Shown here one piece after another: positions 1 to 8,872 of a stretch of 64,000 nt of DNA. The stretch is taken from positions 32,001 to 96,000 of IMG/VR virus record IMGVR_UViG_3300045972_000807, one strand, 5' to 3'. The stretch's first letter is position 1; each line of letters opens with the position of its first letter. The stretch is from a virus. The notes below the pieces were generated by a model. It saw only the letters and a program-made list of their open reading frames with translations. It searched no databases and had not been told where the DNA came from. Made by a program: the position numbers and the translations under genes.

Positions 1-822
1 GATAGTAGCCGCGATGTCGGCGAGGGGCTTGGTTGTCTTGGGCAGGTCAATAGACGCGTTGGTGCGGCCTTGAGCCCAGGTACGGACAAGGCCGTACAGG
101 TCAATCACACGGACGTTATCGAAGTCAGTGTTGCACAGGTAGGCTACTTGCTCGCGGTTCAGAGTAACCTCAATGAACAGGCGATACATCGAGCCAGACT
201 GGACAATACGGAACTTGCCGTGCAGGGCGCGCAAGATGTTGGCGTCTTTGCCTTCAACGTAGGCGAACTTCAGAGCGTCGGTAGAGACTTCTTTCTCTTC
301 AACCGTAATGGAGTTGTTGGTAAAGAACTGAGTGGCCGCGTCCTGCGACGTAGACACAGCGCCCATCATCCGAGCCATGTCGGTGGTGAACGAAATAACG
401 GGGATGGAAACCTCGGCGCCTGTTGCTGTAAGGGTAACCTTAGCAAACTTGGCAGCACCCAGAGATTCCGTAACAGCCTTGGAGATAACGGGCAGCATTT
501 GACGATGCTGCTTCATTACCTTTTTGAGGTTGTTAAACGGGAATTCAGGCTTGAGGACTTCGGTTGTCACCGCGCTCCACAGCTGGACATCGCGCCAGCT
601 TTTGGAACCCATCTTGAACAGCGCAATAAGGCTGGTAACGTTGGACTTTGCCAGCGGGTAAACCTTGGTGTCCAACAGATTGGACATAGGACGCTTAGGC
701 TTGCCTGAGCCGTTGAACAGAGATAGCACAACGCCAGTGCGGGCTAACGCAGGGCCGGCCTCTACCGTGTGTGCCATCATGTTGACGGCAGGCTTTTTGA
801 AAAGGTTTAGTGCTGTAATCAT
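1..822 (-). CDS. hypothetical protein, runs off the left edge (not in ORF track)
   Basis: Manual translation from ATG at 822 (MITALNLFKKPAVNMMAHTVEAG...) is open to position 1. It starts 5 nt after the stop of the upstream gene. Confidence 0.8.
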   Translation of the reverse strand, partial: MITALNLFKKPAVNMMAHTVEAGPALARTGVVLSLFNGSGKPKRPMSNLLDTKVYPLAKSNVTSLIALFKMGSKSWRDVQLWSAVTTEVLKPEFPFNNLKKVMKQHRQMLPVISKAVTESLGAAKFAKVTLTATGAEVSIPVISFTTDMARMMGAVSTSQDAATQFFTNNSITVEEKEVSTDALKFAYVEGKDANILRALHGKFRIVQSGSMYRLFIEVTLNREQVAYLCNTDFDNVRVIDLYGLVRTWAQGRTNASIDLPKTTKPLADIAATI

Positions 823-827
823 AGGAG

Positions 828-1529
828 TTAGAACAGTTTTTTAACGCCGTTAAAAGGGTACTTGCGAACCATTGGTGTCCAGATCTTTGTCTCAATGTGC
901 TTTGCGAGCGCCTTATGAGTTTTCTTTCCGGAGACGATGGGCAGGGAGTGGCAGTAGATACTGAGGACTACAGTCGCTGCTGAACTTCCTATAAAATTGA
1001 TCACTATTGACGTTGCCGCGTTGATCTCTTTCTTGTATGATCTTTCTTCTATCTTGGTGAAGCCAGGTAGCGGATTACCTAATAGCCACTTCTCAAGCGT
1101 GGGATCCTCATTCGCCTTTAGGCGCGCGGTATTCACCACATGAAAGTTACGCTCAGCCTGGCCGGCGACTGCGGCCGTCCGGGTGGCTGAGGAGATCGTG
1201 AAGAACTTGAAGAGCTCTGTGTCGTTGCAGTATTTAACTGCCTTGACTCGATTGGATTTTAACCAATCCTCGATGCCCTTATTCACAGCCTTGGCGTTAG
1301 CATGATCGAACGGGTCAATGTCAGCATCCTTGCAGATCGAAAGGAACTGGCGAATGGTTTTCATCCAGGTATCCAGGGTATCGGTTCCCTGCGGAGTCTT
1401 TTCCAGAGCCTTCACCCAGTGCTTGAGTGCTTTATGGTTATAGGCTTTGGGGTACCTGGATACGGTTGGATTCAAGTGGCCGTCCACGCCAAGCAGTGTT
1501 AGACTTTCATTTGCGATTTTTGCTACCAT
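828..1529 (-). CDS. hypothetical protein (233 aa)
   Basis: Long ORF with ATG start that tiles with its neighbours on the minus strand; no recognised motif. Confidence 0.75.
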   Translation of the reverse strand: MVAKIANESLTLLGVDGHLNPTVSRYPKAYNHKALKHWVKALEKTPQGTDTLDTWMKTIRQFLSICKDADIDPFDHANAKAVNKGIEDWLKSNRVKAVKYCNDTELFKFFTISSATRTAAVAGQAERNFHVVNTARLKANEDPTLEKWLLGNPLPGFTKIEERSYKKEINAATSIVINFIGSSAATVVLSIYCHSLPIVSGKKTHKALAKHIETKIWTPMVRKYPFNGVKKLF

Positions 1530-1576
1530 GGCAGTTCTCTTTGTGCTTGTTGGAATGTGTATTAAAAGGTTTCAGG

Positions 1577-2263
1577 CTAACCCAAGGATTTAACGACTTG
1601 CTCAGACACGTCTCGGTATTGTGCCATCATGTAGTCAGCCATGCCCTTCTTGGCTTGCTCTACGGTAACACGGAATTCCTTGAAGTCTTCCTTGTCCATA
1701 CGGCCCTTAGCAGACTCTTGGACTAGCGTCATGCTAGTAACCAGCTGAGAAGCAATGTCCATGTAGGAAGGGCGAATGGTGCGATCAACGATAGACTGGC
1801 CTAGGTTGGCTTTGTCCTTCAACACCTGTAGGTCGCCCAGCAATTCGCGTACCGTGCTTACCAAGGTATTGAAACCGTAGATGCCTTTAGTGGATTTTGA
1901 TTCGCGGATGTGATGCTCGGCCATAGGCAGAACTTCGCATACGGATTGGATGAGTGCCTTAATGATTAGGCTGGACGCTCCATCTGCGTTGCCCATGCTA
2001 ATCATTTCTACAATCGTATCCGCCTGCGTACCGAACCGTGAGTTCAGAGCCATGACCACTTCCGGGTCTTTTATGGCTACAGGTTTGTTTCCGTTAACCG
2101 ACACCAAGGCAAGCTCAGTGCCTGTCTTGGTCTTCAGCTTAGTGGTTGGTTTCTTCTTGAGCTCTTTTGTCTTAGTGTCCACGTCCTTTGCCTTGATAGC
2201 ATCGGACTTGGGCACACGGAGTTTAGGCTTAGGAGCCTGACTAGGTTTAGTTGCAAATCTCAT
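1577..2263 (-). CDS. hypothetical protein with Lys-rich N-terminus and helical C-terminal domain
   Basis: 228-aa ORF in operon context. Confidence 0.8.
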   Translation of the reverse strand: MRFATKPSQAPKPKLRVPKSDAIKAKDVDTKTKELKKKPTTKLKTKTGTELALVSVNGNKPVAIKDPEVVMALNSRFGTQADTIVEMISMGNADGASSLIIKALIQSVCEVLPMAEHHIRESKSTKGIYGFNTLVSTVRELLGDLQVLKDKANLGQSIVDRTIRPSYMDIASQLVTSMTLVQESAKGRMDKEDFKEFRVTVEQAKKGMADYMMAQYRDVSEQVVKSLG

Positions 2264-2268
2264 TTTGT

Positions 2269-3045
2269 TTAGTGCTTTACCAACACACGGAACTGGTTAG
2301 GCAACTCCTGGATTAGCATGTAGGAATCTTGGAACATATGGCTGCGGTCGCCTACTTCTTCGTACCCAGCTTTGTCGGCTACGTGCCGTATGTCATTGAA
2401 AAAGTTAGTCAAAGCGCCCTTGGGATCCTTGGGATTGTCTTTGACCTTAAAGAGATAGTTCTCTTCATGCGTAGACGGCTGGGTAACCTTGTAGCACTCA
2501 AGGTAGAACATGTCTGAGTAATAGCCGATAGGACTTTGGGCATCGTAATGCGGGTTAGCGGCTTCTTTGAACTCTTTAGGCAGTGCTCGGCACAGGCGTG
2601 TAAAGAAGTCCATACCTGTTACAGCTTCTACCTTGATCCTTTTAGCTTTAACCTTGGACTTTACCTTGTCCACTGGGTAGGAAGCCACCACGGTTATAAG
2701 CTCTTCGCCGTAACCATTGAAGTTGCTTACGACCCCTTTTATCATGGGCATAACGTGGGCTCTTGTAAACACTAAACCGGTGTGCAACTTACCCAGTTTG
2801 TGAGCAGAGAACTCCTTAGGAGTCTTGTCCTTAGCTTCCCTTGTGAGATTAAGGTTAGGCATCTCACCGTAGATGTTCCACACTATACCGATAACCTGTT
2901 TTACCATCAGGCCTTCAGACTTACCGTCCCAGCCTTCGTTAACGGCCAACCGCTTTACTCGGGCTTCTGACACCTTGGTAGTCTCAAGTATCGCATGAAG
3001 CCAGCAAGGCATCTTCCACGGGGGTACGTATGGTTTAATAGGCAT
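2269..3045 (-). CDS. hypothetical protein (258 aa)
   Basis: ORF with 3-5 nt gaps to its neighbours; begins MPIK. Confidence 0.8.
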   Translation of the reverse strand: MPIKPYVPPWKMPCWLHAILETTKVSEARVKRLAVNEGWDGKSEGLMVKQVIGIVWNIYGEMPNLNLTREAKDKTPKEFSAHKLGKLHTGLVFTRAHVMPMIKGVVSNFNGYGEELITVVASYPVDKVKSKVKAKRIKVEAVTGMDFFTRLCRALPKEFKEAANPHYDAQSPIGYYSDMFYLECYKVTQPSTHEENYLFKVKDNPKDPKGALTNFFNDIRHVADKAGYEEVGDRSHMFQDSYMLIQELPNQFRVLVKH

Positions 3046-3048
3046 GAT

Positions 3049-3435
3049 TTAGTTGTCCTGATCTAGATAGTCCATAACAGCTTGGTACTCTTTTGGATTA
3101 GAGACCTTGCGGAATTGTAGTGCGTAGTCATCGTTGTCTTTGACCATCTGCAGTATTGAGTCTTGCGCCCCAAGCTCTTGCATTAGCTTGAGTGCTTCCT
3201 GCTCGTTACCTTTGGTGTACTCTTTAAGGAGCCCCTGGAGTAACCTGTTAGCCTTAGTTGACATTGTTTTAACTACGTTCCTAGGCGCCGGGTTACCGTC
3301 AGCCATATTGAAAGTGGAACGCCGCTCGCTAAGGATGTCTTCCAGAAGCATTGTCTTGTCGTACGCTTTAACTATAACCGAAGGCAAGGTATAGCGGTGC
3401 ATGTTTGCCATAACCCCATACTTCCGAATGCTCAC
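3049..3435 (-). CDS. hypothetical protein (128 aa)
   Basis: GTG start overlaps the TGA stop of the Nudix gene (GTGA coupling); GGAG lies upstream. Confidence 0.75.
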   Translation of the reverse strand: MSIRKYGVMANMHRYTLPSVIVKAYDKTMLLEDILSERRSTFNMADGNPAPRNVVKTMSTKANRLLQGLLKEYTKGNEQEALKLMQELGAQDSILQMVKDNDDYALQFRKVSNPKEYQAVMDYLDQDN

Positions 3436-3938
3436 AGTGTTCTCCCAAACTTCACCATAGCCAAAGTAGCCAACAGAAGCGCGTCTTCTGTTTTAAGAAG
3501 GTCTTCCAGGGAGTGCCATCGAACGTAAGCGTTCTCTTCCACCTCGCTACCGTCACCCACCGCCTGAGTAAATCCGCAACCGGCAAGGTCAGCGGAGAAC
3601 GAATGCGTTACCTTGGTGCACCCCTTGTAGGTGTACACTGGACCGTGGTAGGTCACAGCTTCTTCTAGCACAACAGCGCCAGCCTCTTCGCGAAGCTCCC
3701 TCAGGCAAGTCTGCATAGGAGTCTCGCCTGGGTCTATGGAGCCTGTTAAGCTACACAGCTTAGGCTTGTTTGAAACCGTAGCGCTCATCTGCTCGTGCAA
3801 TAGCAAAAAAGGACGGCCATCAGTGCGTGTTGAGTCGTAGCACAAGCAGGTGATGCCATCGTGGTTCTCAGCCAGGTACTCGATGCCTGAGTCTGTTATG
3901 TTGTGGCTGAACCAACCACCGTCGTAGAGTTTAGTCAT
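3432..3938 (-). CDS. Nudix hydrolase
   Basis: Nudix box GSIDPGETPMQTCLRELREEAG fits GX5EX7REUXEEXGU. Confidence 0.9.
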   Translation of the reverse strand: MTKLYDGGWFSHNITDSGIEYLAENHDGITCLCYDSTRTDGRPFLLLHEQMSATVSNKPKLCSLTGSIDPGETPMQTCLRELREEAGAVVLEEAVTYHGPVYTYKGCTKVTHSFSADLAGCGFTQAVGDGSEVEENAYVRWHSLEDLLKTEDALLLATLAMVKFGRTL

Positions 3939-4750
3939 TTTGTCGCAGTACCGTAAGCAGGCAAAAGTGGAGGTTTATTTGCTGTCAAAATCTTTGAGAT
4001 TGTCTTGTCAGCCAATAGCTTGTTGGTTGCGTTAAGCATAGGCCTGTAAAGATGCATGTTCTTGCTCTTGCGGGAAAACCCAAAGCCTATGAAAGCGTCT
4101 TTTATGCTTCCTGCGTACTTAGGTCCTCTAATGCTTCCCTGCGAAAGCATAAAATCCCCAGCGTCCTTATTAACAACCACCGCGACCTTAGTTCCCTTGG
4201 GAGACATTATCAAATTCTGAAACGCCATGATATTGCTCGAGGACAATACAACGCTTTTGGGCTTTGTTTCTTGTGCTACCAAAGAGGTTGCAGAAGGTCC
4301 AAAAGAGTAAATCGTAAAGTCACTTATTTCGTCTGAACCGGTGTCCCACGTCCAACGAGAGTCGTACGGAACAAAAAAGGCGTAAGACGAACGGACGATG
4401 GGCGTTGAGGCGTAAAGGATCTTTTCGTTACGCTCTTCCGGGTCTTCGTTAACAGTAAGCGTGAAGATTACATCCGCTTCCCCTGTGGCTACAAGCTGCA
4501 TCGACTCTTGAAAAGAATGCATCTCAGTCGTACACGAAATCTTAGCTTCAGAACAGATCGCGCTCATAACCTTAACAAGAGCCCCATCTATAACCCCGTT
4601 ACTCTTATAGGAGAACGGTGGGTATACGTGAGACACTAGCTTCAGGCTTTCCGTAGGAGCAGGCTCTTTGCTCTTTACGGGTTTACCGGCCGATACTGCG
4701 GCGATTACGATCGTCAGCAGTATGCCGCTTACGGCAAGTTTCTTAATCAT
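3935..4750 (-). CDS. periplasmic solute-binding protein family 3-like (amino-acid ABC substrate-binding fold) with signal peptide
   Basis: N-terminal hydrophobic signal (MIKKLAVSGILLTIVIAAVSA), then YPPFSY...IDG...V...IC, ...GEADVIF and FGFSRKS, typical of SBP_bac_3. Start moved to the ATG at 4750, which overlaps the upstream stop. Confidence 0.8.
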   Translation of the reverse strand: MIKKLAVSGILLTIVIAAVSAGKPVKSKEPAPTESLKLVSHVYPPFSYKSNGVIDGALVKVMSAICSEAKISCTTEMHSFQESMQLVATGEADVIFTLTVNEDPEERNEKILYASTPIVRSSYAFFVPYDSRWTWDTGSDEISDFTIYSFGPSATSLVAQETKPKSVVLSSSNIMAFQNLIMSPKGTKVAVVVNKDAGDFMLSQGSIRGPKYAGSIKDAFIGFGFSRKSKNMHLYRPMLNATNKLLADKTISKILTANKPPLLPAYGTATK

Positions 4751-5204
4751 ATTCGGTAGTCTCAAAGCAGATGTCGTCCACAGACATTGTGAACTGTCTC
4801 TGGGACAGAGTGGGCCACCAGCTGTACTCTACAGCAACACACCATTCACCCTGGACTATCTTGGGTATTATGGTGGAAGAAGCTACTTTGAAATCTTCAT
4901 CAACTGAGCTAAAGGACGTTCCGTCAATCAGGAGGTAGTCCTCAGGATGACCTTTACGGTACAGCTTGTGTGCAGAGCTTATGACTGACTTTTTAAGCCC
5001 CTTCATAGTCCTTACTTCCATAAGGATAGACGTATTCTGGGACTTGTTATGATTTACGATCACTATAGCCTCTTTTTGCCTGAAGGGAACCTCAGACACA
5101 AAGGATACCATCACGATGTACATAACTAGGAACACAAGGGCTGCTACGAGTAACCGTAGCACCCAACTGCTCACTTCCATTAGTCGCTCACTGAGCGTGC
5201 TCAT
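4743..5204 (-). CDS. single-pass membrane protein with predicted periplasmic domain (possible antiholin or holin partner)
   Basis: N-terminal TM segment (LLVAALVFLVMYIVMVSFV) followed by a soluble domain with two Cys; ATGA-coupled to the upstream membrane protein. Function is inferred. Confidence 0.6.
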   Translation of the reverse strand: MSTLSERLMEVSSWVLRLLVAALVFLVMYIVMVSFVSEVPFRQKEAIVIVNHNKSQNTSILMEVRTMKGLKKSVISSAHKLYRKGHPEDYLLIDGTSFSSVDEDFKVASSTIIPKIVQGEWCVAVEYSWWPTLSQRQFTMSVDDICFETTEYD

Positions 5205-5770
5205 TTTCCAGGCTCCTTAGTCGAGTGCTCGCTAACAGGGGCTGCTTTAGCAGCTCTTTCTGTTATAGCTTTATCGACCCATTCGGCAAATTGGGACTTT
5301 AGACCCAATAGCATAATGGCAACCAATGCCATAAATATACCCTGAACCACAGTCTTGATGAACTTTTCCTTCAAGTCCTTTTTGAGCTTCTTGTCTTCAG
5401 CTTCTTTCTCACGTTTGATCTTAAGCTGTTCAGCATACTGATCGTGATGCTCGTGATGCTCGTCTGCACTCTTTCCCGGGAGAGACTCCACAATGCTTTC
5501 GACGTGCCGTTTTATGTGCCTAACGTCGGTCTCTAGCCTAGTTAACCTATGCTCGTGTACCTGCAGAGCTGGTTGGGAAGACGCGGGGATAACAGGCGGA
5601 GTCTTGTATTCACGGCGTACAGAATGTTCCAAAGGGACAGGTTCAGAGTCTACCGGGCCATAGCCTCCCAAGGGAGCTAAGTCTGAATCTGGCGGGAACT
5701 CTTTACGCTTGTTAACGGACGGCGGCAGATCGCGCGGACGTTTAGGTTCGTTGGACTGGTCGTCGGTCAT
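5201..5770 (-). CDS. holin-like membrane protein (coiled coil, His-rich patch, C-terminal TM helix)
   Basis: HEHRLTRLE coiled coil, DEHHEHH and TM VVQGIFMALVAIMLLGL. The ATG at 5770 has a GAGG RBS. The holin role is inferred. Confidence 0.55.
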   Translation of the reverse strand: MTDDQSNEPKRPRDLPPSVNKRKEFPPDSDLAPLGGYGPVDSEPVPLEHSVRREYKTPPVIPASSQPALQVHEHRLTRLETDVRHIKRHVESIVESLPGKSADEHHEHHDQYAEQLKIKREKEAEDKKLKKDLKEKFIKTVVQGIFMALVAIMLLGLKSQFAEWVDKAITERAAKAAPVSEHSTKEPGK

Positions 5771-5814
5771 AAACACCTCATAGTTTGGATTAGGCTAGCT
5801 GAGGTTTAGTTATT

Positions 5815-6027
5815 TTATCTCCCTTTGCTAACTAACTTATCGTAATCGTCCCTACAGTCTGAATCGCAAAACCTAGGATTCATACTGCCCTCCTCGATGG
5901 GCTCTCCGCAAGCCAAACAGTACCCATTGCCTACTACAGGCTTATGCAGGTTAGCTGTTATGGCGTTAAGCGCGTCAGTCATTGAGCGCTCGTAATGGTC
6001 AGTGGCTAAGTCTACAATATCTACCAT
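5815..6027 (-). CDS. TraR/DksA-like C4 zinc-finger protein
   Basis: N-terminal DxxDxA (DIVDLA) plus CLAC...FCDSDC zinc finger in 70 aa. Confidence 0.75.
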   Translation of the reverse strand: MVDIVDLATDHYERSMTDALNAITANLHKPVVGNGYCLACGEPIEEGSMNPRFCDSDCRDDYDKLVSKGR

Positions 6028-6030
6028 GAT

Positions 6031-6528
6031 TCACCTCGCAACCTTGAACAGCTCTGGTTGCCCTTTAGGGGTTATAACCTTGGTACTCTTTTCAGCACAC
6101 ATTCCGTCTTGCATACACTCGATAATGTCTCGAGTTATATGCCTAGCCCTGAGATGCTTCACAAGAATGTGAGTCTCAATAGGCACATCGCCTTGAATTT
6201 CAATCGCCGCTAGCATACGATGCCGGCCTTCATGCCCAGTGATCTTAGCTACGCCTTCAAAATTTCCTTCTTCCCAGGCCTCTGGCACGGTTACATCAAG
6301 GAAAGGAGCACCGATAGTGCCACCCGACTTTATGTGATCCACAATCAGTTGAACCTTGTCTTTTTCCCCGTCCAAAGGAAGGGCTAAGGACAAAAACACT
6401 GAAGGTTTCATCAGTACCTGCAATCCAAAGTAGTCTATATCCGCGTTATACGGAACAGCACCCCAGCCACTTTTGTTGTCGATGGTTACCTTGGCAGTTA
6501 CACGATTTGCAATTTTGGTTATTGGCAT
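6031..6528 (-). CDS. ParB/Sulfiredoxin-N-like domain protein
   Basis: IKSGGTIGAPFLDV...ITGHEGRHRMLAA resembles the ParB-N (D/E)GxHR motif. Confidence 0.55.
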   Translation of the reverse strand: MPITKIANRVTAKVTIDNKSGWGAVPYNADIDYFGLQVLMKPSVFLSLALPLDGEKDKVQLIVDHIKSGGTIGAPFLDVTVPEAWEEGNFEGVAKITGHEGRHRMLAAIEIQGDVPIETHILVKHLRARHITRDIIECMQDGMCAEKSTKVITPKGQPELFKVAR

Positions 6529-6561
6529 AGTTTACGCTCCCGGCAGGGATAGATAGCACTC

Positions 6562-6587
6562 AGGGAGCCTCTAAGTAGAGGCTCCCT
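6562..6587 (-). terminator. stem-loop after gene 6596-7393
   Basis: AGGGAGCCTCT-aagt-AGAGGCTCCCT perfect 11-bp inverted repeat in the intergenic gap; weak U-tract. Confidence 0.6.
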
Positions 6588-6595
6588 TGAACTTC

Positions 6596-7393
6596 TTAGG
6601 ACAGACCCATCTCTTCGATTTGGGTAATAATCTTGTCCACGTACTCTTGCTGAGCCGCGTCGCCGGGGCCGGTACCGTCTTGGTTACCGTAGGCCAGCTT
6701 GTAGTAGTCCTTCATCGTGTTGATGGGTTCATTGAACACGGTGGACTTGACTCCCTTTTTGACCTTCATGTTGTCGTCTTGGTAGGCGGCAATGATGAAG
6801 TCGCTCTTGACAGTTTGCTTGCCAGCGTCAGTGATGACGATAGCGTCGCCGGTAGCGTTGGAGGACAGGCAGAATCCGTAGTCCACGTCTGTAGTCCAGG
6901 GGCCTTGTTTCACGAATGCTACCAGGTCATGGCGTTCCACGGAAGCCATGGACACACGGTTCAAACGGGGGATAGAGCCTGTGGGGCTCACGCGGGATGC
7001 TTGCACCAGGGATTCGAGATCGTCAACGCCGTTACGGGCCAGGTATTTGCCTGAGGCGCCTTCCTTCATTTCCCAGAGGGTCTTGTCATTGTTGTCCAGG
7101 TACATATTGCTGGACAGGACGCGGAAGTCCTTTGCCAGGTCAGCAATGCTTTCCACTGGGCGGGTTTCGCGGGATGCGGCAACGTAGCCAATGATTGTCG
7201 TATCGTTCAATTTGCGGAACGATGCGGCAATGGGCGCGCCGGCGCTTTTGAGAGCAGCCGTGATCGAGGCCAGGATGGACTCGCGCTTGGCGTTGGGTTG
7301 AATGGACGCAGTGACCTTAGCCAGGCTAGGGGTAACCATCTTGTATTCATGGATGGTTGCTGCGCTTACGGTGATGGGAGCTTGGTGTTTCAT
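6596..7393 (-). CDS. putative virion (head-associated) structural protein
   Basis: 265-aa ORF with a good RBS (AAGGAAA), strong codon bias and a downstream hairpin. Role inferred from context. Confidence 0.65.
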   Translation of the reverse strand: MKHQAPITVSAATIHEYKMVTPSLAKVTASIQPNAKRESILASITAALKSAGAPIAASFRKLNDTTIIGYVAASRETRPVESIADLAKDFRVLSSNMYLDNNDKTLWEMKEGASGKYLARNGVDDLESLVQASRVSPTGSIPRLNRVSMASVERHDLVAFVKQGPWTTDVDYGFCLSSNATGDAIVITDAGKQTVKSDFIIAAYQDDNMKVKKGVKSTVFNEPINTMKDYYKLAYGNQDGTGPGDAAQQEYVDKIITQIEEMGLS

Positions 7394-7413
7394 TTTGAAA
7401 GTTTCCTTGTGAA

Positions 7414-8217
7414 TTACATTAGACCGTCGTCGTTGATAGAACGATTGTTTACTTCAGTGATCTCGTCGTTAAGATCAACGACTCCATCGTTAATAAGAGC
7501 TTGCTGCTCTGCGTCGTCACCCTCCGTTACCGGAGCTCCATCGTCTATCCCGGTCCTAGTGTTCCGGGGCGTAGAGTCGGAAGTAACCACATTTGCTGTA
7601 GTCATGTCGTCCATGGATGACATAGGCATCAGAAAATCGTCTACTTCCTCGGGATACGGAGCAGGTATGTTAGCTACAGCAGGGGCGGTAGCGATAACCT
7701 GCGCGGGTGGTGGTGCAGAGGCTGCTACAGCCATACCCACAAAAGGATCGGCGTCTGTTCCGATCTGATCGGCCTCAAGGGTAGAGCAAAGCTCAATTAC
7801 CTTTTGAAGGTCGACCACAGGGGCGTCTAGCGCGTCAGCTAACTTGCTAACCTGCTCAACCGTAGGCATCGGAAATACCACCAGGTAAGCCTTCACCAAA
7901 GTCAGGATAGCGTCCTCAATAAAGAGGTCGTTAACTGGCTCAGGGTTTAAGAACTCGTCCCAGTTAACCGTCGAGGCCGTCTTAGGCTTGGCAGGTTCTG
8001 CTGGCTTTGCCGGTTCGGCCGGTTCAGCGGGCTTGGCTGGCTCAACAGGCTTAGAAGGTTTGGCAGGCTCTGCAGGTTTAGCTGGCTTAGTCGGCTCCTC
8101 CGGTTTAGAGGGCTTGGCAGGTTCAGCCGGTTTAGCAGGTTCTGCTGGCTCCTCAGGCTTCTGTTGACCAGAAGGGCCTTCCGCGGCCGTTATAGTTCGT
8201 AACTTAATTATGGGCAT
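7414..8217 (-). CDS. acidic protein with Pro/Ala/Glu/Lys-rich (KPAEPA) repeats
   Basis: 267-aa ORF with GGAG RBS, low-complexity repeats and an acidic C-terminus. Confidence 0.8.
   Translation of the reverse strand: MPIIKLRTITAAEGPSGQQKPEEPAEPAKPAEPAKPSKPEEPTKPAKPAEPAKPSKPVEPAKPAEPAEPAKPAEPAKPKTASTVNWDEFLNPEPVNDLFIEDAILTLVKAYLVVFPMPTVEQVSKLADALDAPVVDLQKVIELCSTLEADQIGTDADPFVGMAVAASAPPPAQVIATAPAVANIPAPYPEEVDDFLMPMSSMDDMTTANVVTSDSTPRNTRTGIDDGAPVTEGDDAEQQALINDGVVDLNDEITEVNNRSINDDGLM
7982..8160 (-). repeat. tandem coding repeat (K/E)PAEPAK
   Basis: About 60 aa of degenerate xPA/xPS triplet repeats are visible in both DNA and protein. Confidence 0.85.
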
Positions 8218-8265
8218 CCTAATTTCTCCATCTTACTGAATATAACATTGATCTCGCAGCGTTAT

Positions 8266-8523
8266 TTACCGCATATGCGGATGGCGTCTTGTATGACACG
8301 ACTCGCATAGCGTCATTAAATTTGCGTTGGACGTTAGACCTCCTCGGTTAAGAGACCGTATGTGGTGGGTGTGTAAATGCTGGGTTGAACCGCAGTCCAA
8401 GCATTTGTTACCGTCCCGGTCTTGGATCTCCTTTACCTTCTGGTACCAGTTCTTGCCGTAAGAGTCCCGGCGTATAACCGTTCCTCCTGAGCTGCCTTTT
8501 CTCCTGGAATTTGACAGGGCCAT
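8266..8523 (-). CDS. HNH endonuclease
   Basis: RDGNKCLDCG...HTHHI...GG...NLMTLCESCH is a canonical HNH/zinc motif; GGAG RBS. Confidence 0.9.
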   Translation of the reverse strand: MALSNSRRKGSSGGTVIRRDSYGKNWYQKVKEIQDRDGNKCLDCGSTQHLHTHHIRSLNRGGLTSNANLMTLCESCHTRRHPHMR

Positions 8524-8872
8524 TATCTGCGCTCCTAACTATGAGTGTCTTTGTTATTGGTTCGAGGGTCCACACATAATGCTGATCGCTTAGCACAGCA
8601 CTACCTGCCAACAGAGGGAAATTAGACGCCAATTCAGGAATCATAACTTCCACAACTTCCTTGAAGATTTCTCTGGGTAGTTGGCGTTGCAGGGATATGC
8701 TAGTTGTGCCTTGAAACTGATAGCTTTTCTTCTTACGGGTCACGCGTATCTTAACGTGCGCCAGCAGCCCTGAGTCATCGGCCACTACCCGCAGGACAGA
8801 TAGGTTAAGCCGTTGTGCTAAGGTTTTTAGGATCAATAGCAGGTTTGTCTTGGGTGGGGTAAACCTAGGCAT
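8408..8872 (-). CDS. hypothetical protein (3' end overlaps the HNH gene)
   Basis: ATG at 8872 overlaps the upstream stop; fills the gap between 8523 and 8865. Confidence 0.65.
   Translation of the reverse strand: MPRFTPPKTNLLLILKTLAQRLNLSVLRVVADDSGLLAHVKIRVTRKKKSYQFQGTTSISLQRQLPREIFKEVVEVMIPELASNFPLLAGSAVLSDQHYVWTLEPITKTLIVRSADNGPVKFQEKRQLRRNGYTPGLLRQELVPEGKGDPRPGR

Noticed and set aside
70-708. 212-aa plus-strand ORF
   Set aside because: It is the antisense shadow of the edge-truncated minus-strand gene 1-822, which fits the operon.
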